This document shows positions 31,601 through 44,000 of a stretch of 64,000 nucleotides of DNA, piece by piece (position 1 is the first letter of the stretch; the number at the start of each line of letters is the position of its first letter). The translations under genes were made by a program, and so were the position numbers. Below the pieces are notes generated by a model. The model saw nothing but the letters and a program-made list of their open reading frames with translations, did not search any database and was not told the origin of the DNA. The DNA lies in NCBI RefSeq assembly GCF_009914755.1, contig NC_060940.1, one strand, 5' to 3'. This stretch comes from the human T2T-CHM13v2.0 reference genome, Homo sapiens.

Positions 31601-33748
31601 TTCCATTCAAAGGTGATTTCATTCAAGTCCATTCGATAATTGCATTCGATTCCATTCTATGATGATTCCATTCGAGTCCATTTGATGATTCCATTCAATT
31701 CAAGTCAATGATGATTCCATTCGATTCCATTCGATGATTCCATTGGATTCCATTCGATGATGATTCCATTCAAATCCATTCGATAATTCAATTCAAGTCC
31801 ATTCGATGATGATTCCAATCGAATCCATTCAAAGATTCCATTCAGTTCCATTCGATGATAACCTTAGATTCCATTCGATGATTCCACTTGTTTCCATTTA
31901 CGATGATTCCATTCGATTCCATGTGATGATTCCATTCAATTCTATTCAATGATGTCTCCATTTGATTCCATTCGACCATGATTGCCTTTGCTTCCATTCA
32001 ATGTTTCCATTCGGTTCCTTTTGATGATAATTCCGTTCGATTCCATTTGATGATTCCATTTGATTCCATTGGATGAGTCCATTCGATTACATTCGATGAT
32101 TATTCCATTCGAGTGCATTAGATGATTCCATTCGAGTCCATTCGATGATTCCATTCGATTCCATTCGATGTTGATTCTGTTCAAATCCATTCGATGATTC
32201 CACTCGATTCCATTCGATGACTCCATTTGATCCCATTCGATGATTTCCTGTGATTCCCTTTGATGATCATTCCATTTGATTCAATTCGGTGATTTCATTT
32301 GATTCCATTCAGTGATGTTTCCATTCCACTCCATTCGATGATGATTCCATTCGACTCCATTCGATTATGATTTCATTCAATTCCATTCGATAATGATTCC
32401 CTTCAAGTCCATTCGATGATTCCATTCGATTCCATTCAACGATGATTTGATTCGTGTCCATTCGATGATTCCATTTGATTCCACTTGATGATGATTCCAT
32501 TCGAGTCCATTTGATGATTCCATTCAATTCCATTCTCCGATGATTTCTTTTGAGCCCATTCAATGCTTCCACTCGATTCCATATGATGATGACTCCATTC
32601 GATTAAATTCGATGATGATTCCGTTCGCTTGCGTTAGATGATGATTCCACTTGAGTCTGTTAGAAGATTCTATTCAATTACATTCCATGACGATTCCGAT
32701 CGAGTCCATTTGATGATTCCATTAGACTCCATTCGACGATGATTCCATTCGATGTTATTCGATGATTCCATTCGATCTCATTCGATGATGATTCCATTCA
32801 ACTCCATTCGATGTTTCCATTCGAGTTCATTCTATTATTCCATTAGATTCCATTCGATGATGATTCCATTCGATTCCATTTGATGATTGCATTCTATTTC
32901 ATTTGATGATGATTCCATTCGAGTCCACTCGATGATTCCATTCGAGTCCATTTAATGAATCCATTGGTTTCAATTCTATGATGATTACATTGGATTCCAT
33001 TCGTTGATGATTTCATTCGGTTCCATTCAATGATGATTCCATTCAATTCCTTTCAATGTTTCCATTCAATTCCATACGATGATGATTCCATTTGATTTGA
33101 TTCGACAGTGAGCCATTCGATTCAATTCCATGATGATTCTATTTGATTCAATTGGTTGACATTTCCATTCGATTCCATTCGATGATGATTCCCTTTGATT
33201 CCGTTCAAAGATGATTCCATTCTAGCCCATTCAATCATTCCATTCGATTCTATTCAATGATGATTCCATTCATGTCGATTTGGTGATTCCATTTGACTTC
33301 ATTTGATGATGATTCCTTTCAAGTTCATTAGATGATTCCATTCGATTCCATTTGATGATGATCCCATTCGAGTCCATTCAGTGATTCCATTCGTTTCCAT
33401 TCCATGATGATTCCATTCCTTTCCATTCAATGATTCCATTCGATTCCGTTTGATGATGATTTCATTCGAGTCCATTTGATGATTCCATTTGATTCCATTC
33501 GATGATGGTTCCATTCGACTCCATTCGATGATTCTATTCGAATCCATTTGATGATTTCTTTTGATTATATTTGGTGATGATTCCATTGGAGTCCATTCAA
33601 TGATTCCATTCTATTCCAATCGATGATGATTCCATTAGAGTCCATTTAATGATTCCATTTGATTCCAGTCTCTGATGATTACATTCGAGTCCATACGATG
33701 ATTCCACTCAATTCCATATGATGATGATTCCATTTGATTCCATTCGGT

Positions 33749-36711
33749 GATTCCATTCTATTCTATTCAATGGTGATTCCATTCGAGTACATTAGATGAT
33801 TCCATTCGATTCCATTCAATGATGATTCTATTTGTGTCCCTTAGATGATTCCACATGATTCCATTAGATGATGATACTATTTGAGCCCATCCAATGATTC
33901 CCTTCGATTCCATTCGATGAGGATTCCATTCGATTCAATTCATTGGTGATTCTATTCAATTCAATTCTTTGATTCCATTCCATTCCATTCGACAATGATT
34001 CCATTCGATTTCTTTCGATGATTCCACTCGATTCCACTTGACATTGATTCCATTCGATTCCATTCAATGATTCCATTTGATTCCAGTGGATGATGATTGC
34101 CATCGATTCCATTCGATCACTCCATTCTATTCCATTTGATGATGATTACATTCGATTCCATTTGATGATTCCATCTGATTCTATTCGAGGATTCCATTTG
34201 ATTCCATTCGATGATGATTCCATTCGAGTCCATTCGATGATTTCATTCCAGTACATCCAATGATTCCATTCGAGTCCATTAGATGATTCCATTTGATTCC
34301 ATTTGAAAATGATTCTACTAGAGTCCATTCAATGACTCCATTCGAGTCCATTCAACAATTCCATTCGACTCCATTCGATGATTCCATTCGATTCCATTTG
34401 ATGGTTCCATTCGAGTCCATTTAATCATTACAGTCGTGTCCATTTGGTGATTCCACTGGATTTCTTTTGATAATGATACCATTCAATTACATTTGATGAT
34501 GATCCCATTCAACTTCATTTGATGATGATTCCATTAGAGTCCATTCGATGATTTCATTCGAGTCCCTTCATTGATTCCATCCGATTTCATTGGATGATGA
34601 CTCCATTCGAGTCCATTCGATGATTCCACTCGATTCCATTAGATGACTCCATTGGAGTCCATTTGATTGTTCCATTCGATTCCATTCGATTCCTTTCGAA
34701 GATTATTCCATTTGAGTCCATTCGATGATGATTCCATTCCATTCCATTCGATGATTCCGTTTGATTCCATTCGATGATTCCCTTCGATTCCTTTCTTTGA
34801 TGATTCCATTCCATTCCATTCAATGATTCCATTCGAATCTATTCCATGATGATTCCTTTCGATTCCATTCGCTGATGTTTCCGTTCAATTCCATTCGATG
34901 ATGATTCCATTCGATTCCATTCAATGATTGCATTCAATTCCATTCAATGATTATCCCATTAGAGTAAACTCAACGATTCCATTCAATACCATTCGATGAT
35001 GATTCCTTTTGAGTCCATTCAATGATTTCATTCAAGTCCATTTGATGATTCCTTTCAATTCCATTCTATGATGATTCCATTCGAGTCCATTCGATGATTC
35101 CATTCGATTGCATTCGATGATTCCATTATATTCCATTCAATGGTGTTTCCATTCGAGTCCATTCCATGATTCCATTAGAGTACATTTAATGATTGCTTTG
35201 TTTTCAATTCGAAGATGATTACATTGGATTCCATTCTATGATACCATTCGATTCCATTCAATGATGATTCCACTCAAATCCATTGGATGATTCCATTCGT
35301 GTCCATTCGGTGATTTCATTAGATTCCATTCGAGGATGATTCCATTCGATTCCATTCGATGATTCCATTCAATTCCATTCGATGATGATTCCATTCCAGT
35401 CCATATGATCATTCCATTTGATTTCATTCGATGATGATTCCATTCGATTCCATTCGACGATTCCATTCTATTCCATTCGATGATGATTCCATTCGAGTCC
35501 ATTCGATGATTCCATTCGAGTCCATTTAATGATTCCATTGGGTTCAATTCAATGATGATTACATTGGATTCCGTTCTATGATTCCATTCAATTCCGTTCA
35601 TTGACAATTTGATTCCATTCGATGATGATTCCATTTGAGTTCATTCGATGATTCTATTCGATTCTCTTCGATGGTGATTCAATTCTATTATATTGGATGA
35701 TTCCATTCGATTCCATTTGATGTTGATTCAATTCGATTCTATTCGATGATGATTCCATTGGATTTCACTTGATGATTCTATTCGATTCCATTCAATGATG
35801 ATTCACTTCTCGTCCATTGGATGATTCCATTTCATTCCATTCGATGATGATTCCATTCGATTCCATTCGATGATTCCATTTGATTCCATGCGACGGTGAG
35901 CAATTCGATTCAATTCCATGATGATTCTATTTGATTCAATTAGATGATGTTTCCATTCGAATCCATTCCATGATTATTCCATTGGAATCCATTCGGCGAT
36001 GATTCCATATGAGTCAATTCAATGATGATTCCATATGGGTCCGTTCGATGATAATTCCATTTGATTTCATTCGATGCTTCTATTCTATTCCAGTCGATGA
36101 TGATTCCGTTGGTGTCCATACGATGATTCCATTTGATTTCATTTGATGATGATTCCATTCGATGATGATTACATTGGATTCCATTCTATGATTCCATTCA
36201 ATTCCATTCGTTGATGATTCGATTCCATTCAATGATGATTCCATTTGAGTTCATTCGATGATTCTATTCAATTCCGTTCGATGGTGATTCAATTCTATTA
36301 TATTGGATGATTCCACTCGATTCCATTTGATGATTATTCCATTGGAGTCCACTTAGTTCATCCTTTAGATTCTACTCGACGATGATTCCATTCGAGTCCA
36401 TTCGATGATACCATTCAATTCCATTCGTTGATGCTTCCATTCAAGTGCATTCGATGATATCATTCGATTCCATTTGATGATAATTCCATTTGATTCCATG
36501 CGATGATTCTATTCGATTCCATTCAATGATAATTCCATTCAATTCAGTGATTCCTCTGGACTCCATTTGATGATGATTCCATTCAATGATTCCATTCGAT
36601 TCTATTCGAAAATGATTCCATTTGAATCCATTTGATGATGATTCCATTAGATTCCATTTGATGATTCCATTCGATTCCATTCAACGATGATTCCATTCGA
36701 TTCCGTTTGAT
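33749..36711 (+). repeat. 2963-bp HSat2 segment specific to the long unit (L1 copy)
   Basis: Sequence absent from the short units, bounded by the direct repeat TGATTCCATTCTATTCTATTC at 33748-33768 and 36711-36731. Confidence 0.9.
35551..36332 (+). repeat. Diverged ~170-bp direct repeat pair (35551-35722 and 36161-36332) inside the long-specific segment
   Basis: Both copies carry the distinctive ATGGTGATTCAATTCTATTATATTGGATGA (35671, 36281) and ACATTGGATT...CCATTTGAGTTCATTCG at a constant offset of 610. Confidence 0.85.
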
Positions 36712-38000
36712 GATTCCATTCTATTCTATTCGATGATGATTCCATTCGATTCCATTCGATGATGATTGGATTCGATTCCATTTGATGATTTCATTTGATT
36801 CCATTCGTTAATGATTTCGATCAATTCCATTCGATGATTCCATTCGATTCCATTCGATAATGATTACATCCGAGTCCATTCGATGATTCCCTTTGAGCCT
36901 GTTCGATAATTCCATTTGAGTCCAACCAATGATTCCATTCATTTCCATTCAATGATTCCATTCGAGTCCATTTGATCATTCCGGTAGGGTCCATTCGATG
37001 TTGATTCCATTGGAGTGCATTCGATGATTCCATTCGAGTCCATTTTAGGATTTGATTCGAGTCCTTTCGACGATTCCATTCGATTCCACTCGATGATGAT
37101 TTCATTCGAGTCCATTCGACACTTCCAATCGATTCCATTTGATGATTCCATTCGAGTCCAATTGATGATTCCATTCAATTCCATTCGATGATGATTCCGT
37201 ACGATTCCATTCTGTGATGATTCCATGTGATTGCATTCAATGATGATTCCTTTCGATTGCATTCGATTATGATTCATTTCGTGTTCATTCTATGGTTCCA
37301 CAGGTTTCCATTCGTGTCCATTCCATTATTCCATTCTATTCCATTTGATGATGATTCCATTCGATTCCATTCATTGGTGATTCCACTCAATTCCATTCAA
37401 TGATTCCATTCCATTTCTTTCAACAATGATTCCATTAGTTTCTAATCGATGATCCACTTGATTCCATTTGACGACGATTCCATTCTTGTCCATTCGATGA
37501 TTCCATTTGATTCCATATGATGATGATTCCATTCGATTCCATACGATGATGATTCCATTCGAGTCCATTCAATGGTGATTCCATTCAATTCCATTCGATG
37601 ATTCCTTCCGATTCCATTCGATGATGATGGCATTCGATTCCTTTCAATCATTCCCTTTGATTCCATTCAAAGGTGATTTCATTCAAGTCCATTCGATAAT
37701 TGCATTCGATTCCATTCTATGATGATTCCATTCGAGTCCATTTGATGATTCCATTCAATTCAAGTCAATGATGATTCCATTCGATTCCATTCGATGATTC
37801 CATTGGATTCCATTCGATGATGATTCCATTCAAATCCATTCGATAATTCAATTCAAGTCCATTCGATGATGATTCCAATCGAATCCATTCAAAGATTCCA
37901 TTCAGTTCCATTCGATGATAACCTTAGATTCCATTCGATGATTCCACTTGTTTCCATTTACGATGATTCCATTCGATTCCATGTGATGATTCCATTCAAT

Positions 38001-41000
38001 TCTATTCAATGATGTCTCCATTTGATTCCATTCGACCATGATTGCCTTTGCTTCCATTCAATGTTTCCATTCGGTTCCTTTTGATGATAATTCCGTTCGA
38101 TTCCATTTGATGATTCCATTTGATTCCATTGGATGAGTCCATTCGATTACATTCGATGATTATTCCATTCGAGTGCATTAGATGATTCCATTCGAGTCCA
38201 TTCGATGATTCCATTCGATTCCATTCGATGTTGATTCTGTTCAAATCCATTCGATGATTCCACTCGATTCCATTCGATGACTCCATTTGATCCCATTCGA
38301 TGATTTCCTGTGATTCCCTTTGATGATCATTCCATTTGATTCAATTCGGTGATTTCATTTGATTCCATTCAGTGATGTTTCCATTCCACTCCATTCGATG
38401 ATGATTCCATTCGACTCCATTCGATTATGATTTCATTCAATTCCATTCGATAATGATTCCCTTCAAGTCCATTCGATGATTCCATTCGATTCCATTCAAC
38501 GATGATTTGATTCGTGTCCATTCGATGATTCCATTTGATTCCACTTGATGATGATTCCATTCGAGTCCATTTGATGATTCCATTCAATTCCATTCTCCGA
38601 TGATTTCTTTTGAGCCCATTCAATGCTTCCACTCGATTCCATATGATGATGACTCCATTCGATTAAATTCGATGATGATTCCGTTCGCTTGCGTTCGATG
38701 ATGATTCCACTTGAGTCCGTTAGAAGATTCTATTCAATTACATTCCATGACGATTCCGATCGAGTCCATTTGATGATTCCATTAGACTCCATTCGACGAT
38801 GATTCCATTCGATGTTATTCGATGATTCCATTCGATCTCATTCGATGATGATTCCATTCAACTCCATTCGATGTTTCCATTCGAGTTCATTCTATTATTC
38901 CATTAGATTCCATTCGATGATGATTCCATTCGATTCCATTTGATGATTGCATTCTATTTCATTTGATGATGATTCCATTCGAGTCCACTCGATGATTCCA
39001 TTCGAGTCCATTTAATGAATCCATTGGTTTCAATTCTATGATGATTACATTGGATTCCATTCGTTGATGATTTCATTCGGTTCCATTCAATGATGATTCC
39101 ATTCAATTCCTTTCAATGTTTCCATTCAATTGCATACGATGATGCTTCCATTTGATTTGATTCGACAGTGAGCCATTCGATTCAATTCCATGATGAATCT
39201 ATTTTATTCAATTGGTTGACATTTCCATTCGATTCCATTCGATGATGATTCCCTTTGATTCCATTCAAAGATGATTCCATTCTAGCCCATTCAATCATTC
39301 CATTCGAATCTATTCAATGATGATTCCATTCATGTCGATTTGGTGATTCCATTTGACTTCATTTGATGATGATTCCTTTCAAGTTCATTAGATGATTCCA
39401 TTCGATTCCATTTGATGATGATCCCATTCGAGTCCATTCAGTGATTCCATTCGTTTCCATTCCATGATGATTCCATTCCATTCCATTCAATGATTCCATT
39501 CGATTCCGTTTGATGATGATTTCATTCGAGTCCATTTGATGTTTCCATTCGTTTCCATTCCATGATGATTCCATTCCATTCCATTCAATGATTCCATTCG
39601 ATTCCGTTTGGTGATGATTTCATTCGAGTCCATTTGATGATTCCATTTGATTCCATTCGATGATGATTCCATTCGAGTCCATTCGATGATTCTATTCGAA
39701 TCCACTTGATGATTTCTTTTGATTATAGTTGGTGATGATTCCATTGGAGTCCATTCAATGATTCCATTCGATTCCAATCGATGGTGATTCCATTAGAGTC
39801 CATTTAATGATTCCATTTGATTCCAGTCTCTGATGATTCCATTCGAGTCCATACGATGATTCCACTCAATTCCATATGATGATGATTCCATTCGATTCCA
39901 TTCGATGATTCCATTCTATTCTAATCGATGATGATTCCATTCGATTCCATTCGATGATGATTGGATTCGATTCCATTTGATGATTTCATTTGATTCCATT
40001 CGTTAATGATTTCGATCAACTCCATTCGATGATTCCATTCGATTCCATTCGATAATGATTACATCCGAGTCCATTCGATGATTCCATTTGAGCCCGTTCG
40101 ATAATTCCATTTGAGTCCAATCAATGATTCCATTCATTTCCATTCAATGATTCCATTCGAGTCCATTTGATCATTCTGGTAGGGTCCGTTCGATGTTGAT
40201 TCCATTGGAGTGCATTCGATGATTCCATTCGAGTCCATTTTATGATTTGATTCGAGTCCTTTCGATGATTCCATTCGATTCCAATCGATGATGATTTCAT
40301 TCGAGTCCATTCGACACTTCCAATCGATTCCATTTGATGTTTCCATTCGAGTCCAATTGATGATTCCATTCAATTCCATTCGATGATGATTCCGTACGAT
40401 TCCATTCTGTGATGATTCCATGTGATTGCATTCAATGATGATTCCTTTCGATTGCATTCGATTGTGATTCATTTCGTGTTCATTCTATGGTTCCACAGGT
40501 TTCCATTCGTGTCCATTCCATTATTCCATTCTATTCCATTTCATGATGATTCCATTCGATTCCATTCATTGGTGATTCCACTCAATTCCATTCAATGATT
40601 CCATTCCATTTCTTTCAACAATGATTCCATTAGTTTCTAATCGATGATCCACTTGATTCCATTTGATGACGATTCCATTCTTGCCATTCGATGATTCCAT
40701 TTGATTCCATATGATGATGATTCCATTCGATTCCATACGATGATGATTCCATTCGAGTCCATTCAATGGTGATTCCATTCCATTCCATTCCATGATTCCT
40801 TTTGATTCCATTCGATGATGATGGCATTCGATTCCTTTCAATCATTCCCTTTGATTCCATTCAAAGGTGATTTCATTCAAGTCCATTCGATAATTGCATT
40901 CGATTCCATTCTATGATGATTCCATTCGAGTCCATTTGATGATTCCATTCAATTCAAGTCAATGATGATTCCATTCGATTCCATTCGATGATTCCATTGG

Positions 41001-44000
41001 ATTCCATTCGATGATGATTCCATTCAAATCCATTCGATAATTCAATTCAAGTCCATTCGATGATGATTCCAATCGAATCCATTCAAAGATTCCATTCAGT
41101 TCCATTCGATGATAACCTTAGATTCCATTCGATGATTCCACTTGTTTCCATTTACGATGATTCCATTCGATTCCATGTGATGATTCCATTCAATTCTATT
41201 CAATGATGTCTCCATTTGATTCCATTCGACCATGATTGCCTTTGCTTCCATTCAATGTTTCCATTCGGTTCCTTTTGATGATAATTCCGTTCGATTCCAT
41301 TTGATGATTCCATTTGATTCCATTGGATGAGTCCATTCGATTACATTCGATGATTATTCCATTCGAGTGCATTAGATGATTCCATTCGAGTCCATTCGAT
41401 GATTCCATTCGATTCCATTCGATGTTGATTCTGTTCAAATCCATTCGATGATTCCACTCGATTCCATTCGATGACTCCATTTGATCCCATTCGATGATTT
41501 CCTGTGATTCCCTTTGATGATCATTCCATTTGATTCAATTCGGTGATTTCATTTGATTCCATTCAGTGATGTTTCCATTCCACTCCATTCGATGATGATT
41601 CCATTCGACTCCATTCGATTATGATTTCATTCAATTCCATTCGATAATGATTCCCTTCAAGTCCATTCGATGATTCCATTCGATTCCATTCAACGATGAT
41701 TTGATTCGTGTCCATTCGATGATTCCATTTGATTCCACTTGATGATGATTCCATTCGAGTCCATTTGATGATTCCATTCAATTCCATTCTCCGATGATTT
41801 CTTTTGAGCCCATTCAATGCTTCCACTCGATTCCATATGATGATGACTCCATTCGATTAAATTCGATGATGATTCCGTTCGCTTGCGTTCGATGATGATT
41901 CCACTTGAGTCCGTTAGAAGATTCTATTCAATTACATTCCATGACGATTCCGATCGAGTCCATTTGATGATTCCATTAGACTCCATTCGACGATGATTCC
42001 ATTCGATGTTATTCGATGATTCCATTCGATCTCATTCGATGATGATTCCATTCAACTCCATTCGATGTTTCCATTCGAGTTCATTCTATTATTCCATTAG
42101 ATTCCATTCGATGATGATTCCATTCGATTCCATTTGATGACTGCATTCTATTTCATTTGATGATGATTCCATTCGAGTCCACTCGATGATTCCATTCGAG
42201 TCCATTTAATGAATCCATTGGTTTCAATTCTATGATGATTACATTGGATTCCATTCGTTGATGATTTCATTCGGTTCCATTCAATGATGATTCCATTCAA
42301 TTCCTTTCAATGTTTCCATTCAATTGCATACGATGATGCTTCCATTTGATTTGATTCGACAGTGAGCCATTCGATTCAATTCCATGATGAATCTATTTTA
42401 TTCAATTGGTTGACATTTCCATTCGATTCCATTCGATGATGATTCCCTTTGATTCCATTCAAAGATGATTCCATTCTACCCCATTCAATCATTCCATTCG
42501 ATTCTATTCAATGATGATTCCATTCATGTCGATTTGGTGATTCCATTTGACTTCATTTGATGATGATTCCTTTCAAGTTCATTAGATGATTCCATTCGAT
42601 TCCATTTGATGATGATCCCATTCGAGTCCATTCAGTGATTCCATTCGTTTCCATTCCATGATGATTCCATTCCATTCCATTCAATGATTCCATTCGATTC
42701 CGTTTGATGATGATTTCATTCGAGTCCATTTGATGTTTCCATTCGTTTCCATTCCATGATGATTCCATTCCATTCCATTCAATGATTCCATTCGATTCCG
42801 TTTGGTGATGATTTCATTCGAGTCCATTTGATGATTCCATTTGATTCCATTCGATGATGATTCCATTCGAGTCCATTCGATGATTCTATTCGAATCCACT
42901 TGATGATTTCTTTTGATTATAGTTGGTGATGATTCCATTGGAGTCCATTCAATGATTCCATTCGATTCCAATCGATGGTGATTCCATTAGAGTCCATTTA
43001 ATGATTCCATTTGATTCCAGTCTCTGATGATTCCATTCGAGTCCATACGATGATTCCACTCAATTCCATATGATGATGATTCCATTCGATTCCATTCGAT
43101 GATTCCATTCTATTCTAATCGATGATGATTCCATTCGATTCCATTCGATGATGATTGGATTCGATTCCATTTGATGATTTCATTTGATTCCATTCGTTAA
43201 TGATTTCGATCAACTCCATTCGATGATTCCATTCGATTCCATTCGATAATGATTACATCCGAGTCCATTCGATGATTCCATTTGAGCCCGTTCGATAATT
43301 CCATTTGAGTCCAATCAATGATTCCATTCATTTCCATTCAATGATTCCATTCGAGTCCATTTGATCATTCTGGTAGGGTCCGTTCGATGTTGATTCCATT
43401 GGAGTGCATTCGATGATTCCATTCGAGTCCATTTTATGATTTGATTCGAGTCCTTTCGATGATTCCATTCGATTCCACTCGATGATGATTTCATTCGAGT
43501 CCATTCGACACTTCCAATCGATTCCATTTGATGTTTCCATTCGAGTCCAATTGATGATTCCATTCAACTCCATTCGATGATGATTCCGTACGATTCCATT
43601 CTGTGATGATTCCATGTGATTGCATTCAATGATGATTCCTTTCGATTGCATTCGATTGTGATTCATTTCGTGTTCATTCTATGGTTCCACAGGTTTCCAT
43701 TCGTGTCCATTCCATTATTCCATTCTATTCCATTTCATGATGATTCCATTCGATTCCATTCATTGGTGATTCCACTCAATTCCATTCAATGATTCCATTC
43801 CATTTCTTTCAACAATGATTCCATTAGGTTCTAATCGATGATCCACTTGATTCCATTTGATGACGATTCCATTCTTGCCATTCGATGATTCCATTTGATT
43901 CCATATGATGATGATTCCATTCGATTCCATACGATGATGATTCCATTCGAGTCCATTCAATGGTGATTCCATTCCATTCCATTCCATGATTCCTTTTGAT

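Larger units (their letters stand above)
1..31940 (+). repeat. Block 1: ten tandem 3194-bp higher-order units (U1-U10)
   Basis: The ORF pattern and landmarks (TCTGGTAGGGTCCG, GGTTCCACAGGTTTCC, GTTCGCTTGCGTTCG) recur at exactly +3194. Unit starts: 1, 3195, 6389, 9583, 12777, 15971, 19165, 22359, 25553, 28747. Only a few SNVs per unit and no net indels. Confidence 0.97.
31941..38000 (+). repeat. 6060-bp long higher-order unit L1
   Basis: The unit-start ORF jumps from 31942 to 38002. L1 contains 2963 bp absent from the 3194-bp unit, has one copy of the 98-bp segment, and has an extra T at 37489. Confidence 0.95.

Noticed and set aside
33749-36711. Possible mobile-element insertion with a 21-bp target-site duplication
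   Set aside because: The extra 2963 bp is itself HSat2, with no terminal inverted repeats, poly-A tail, LTR or coding capacity. Deletion between direct repeats explains it better.
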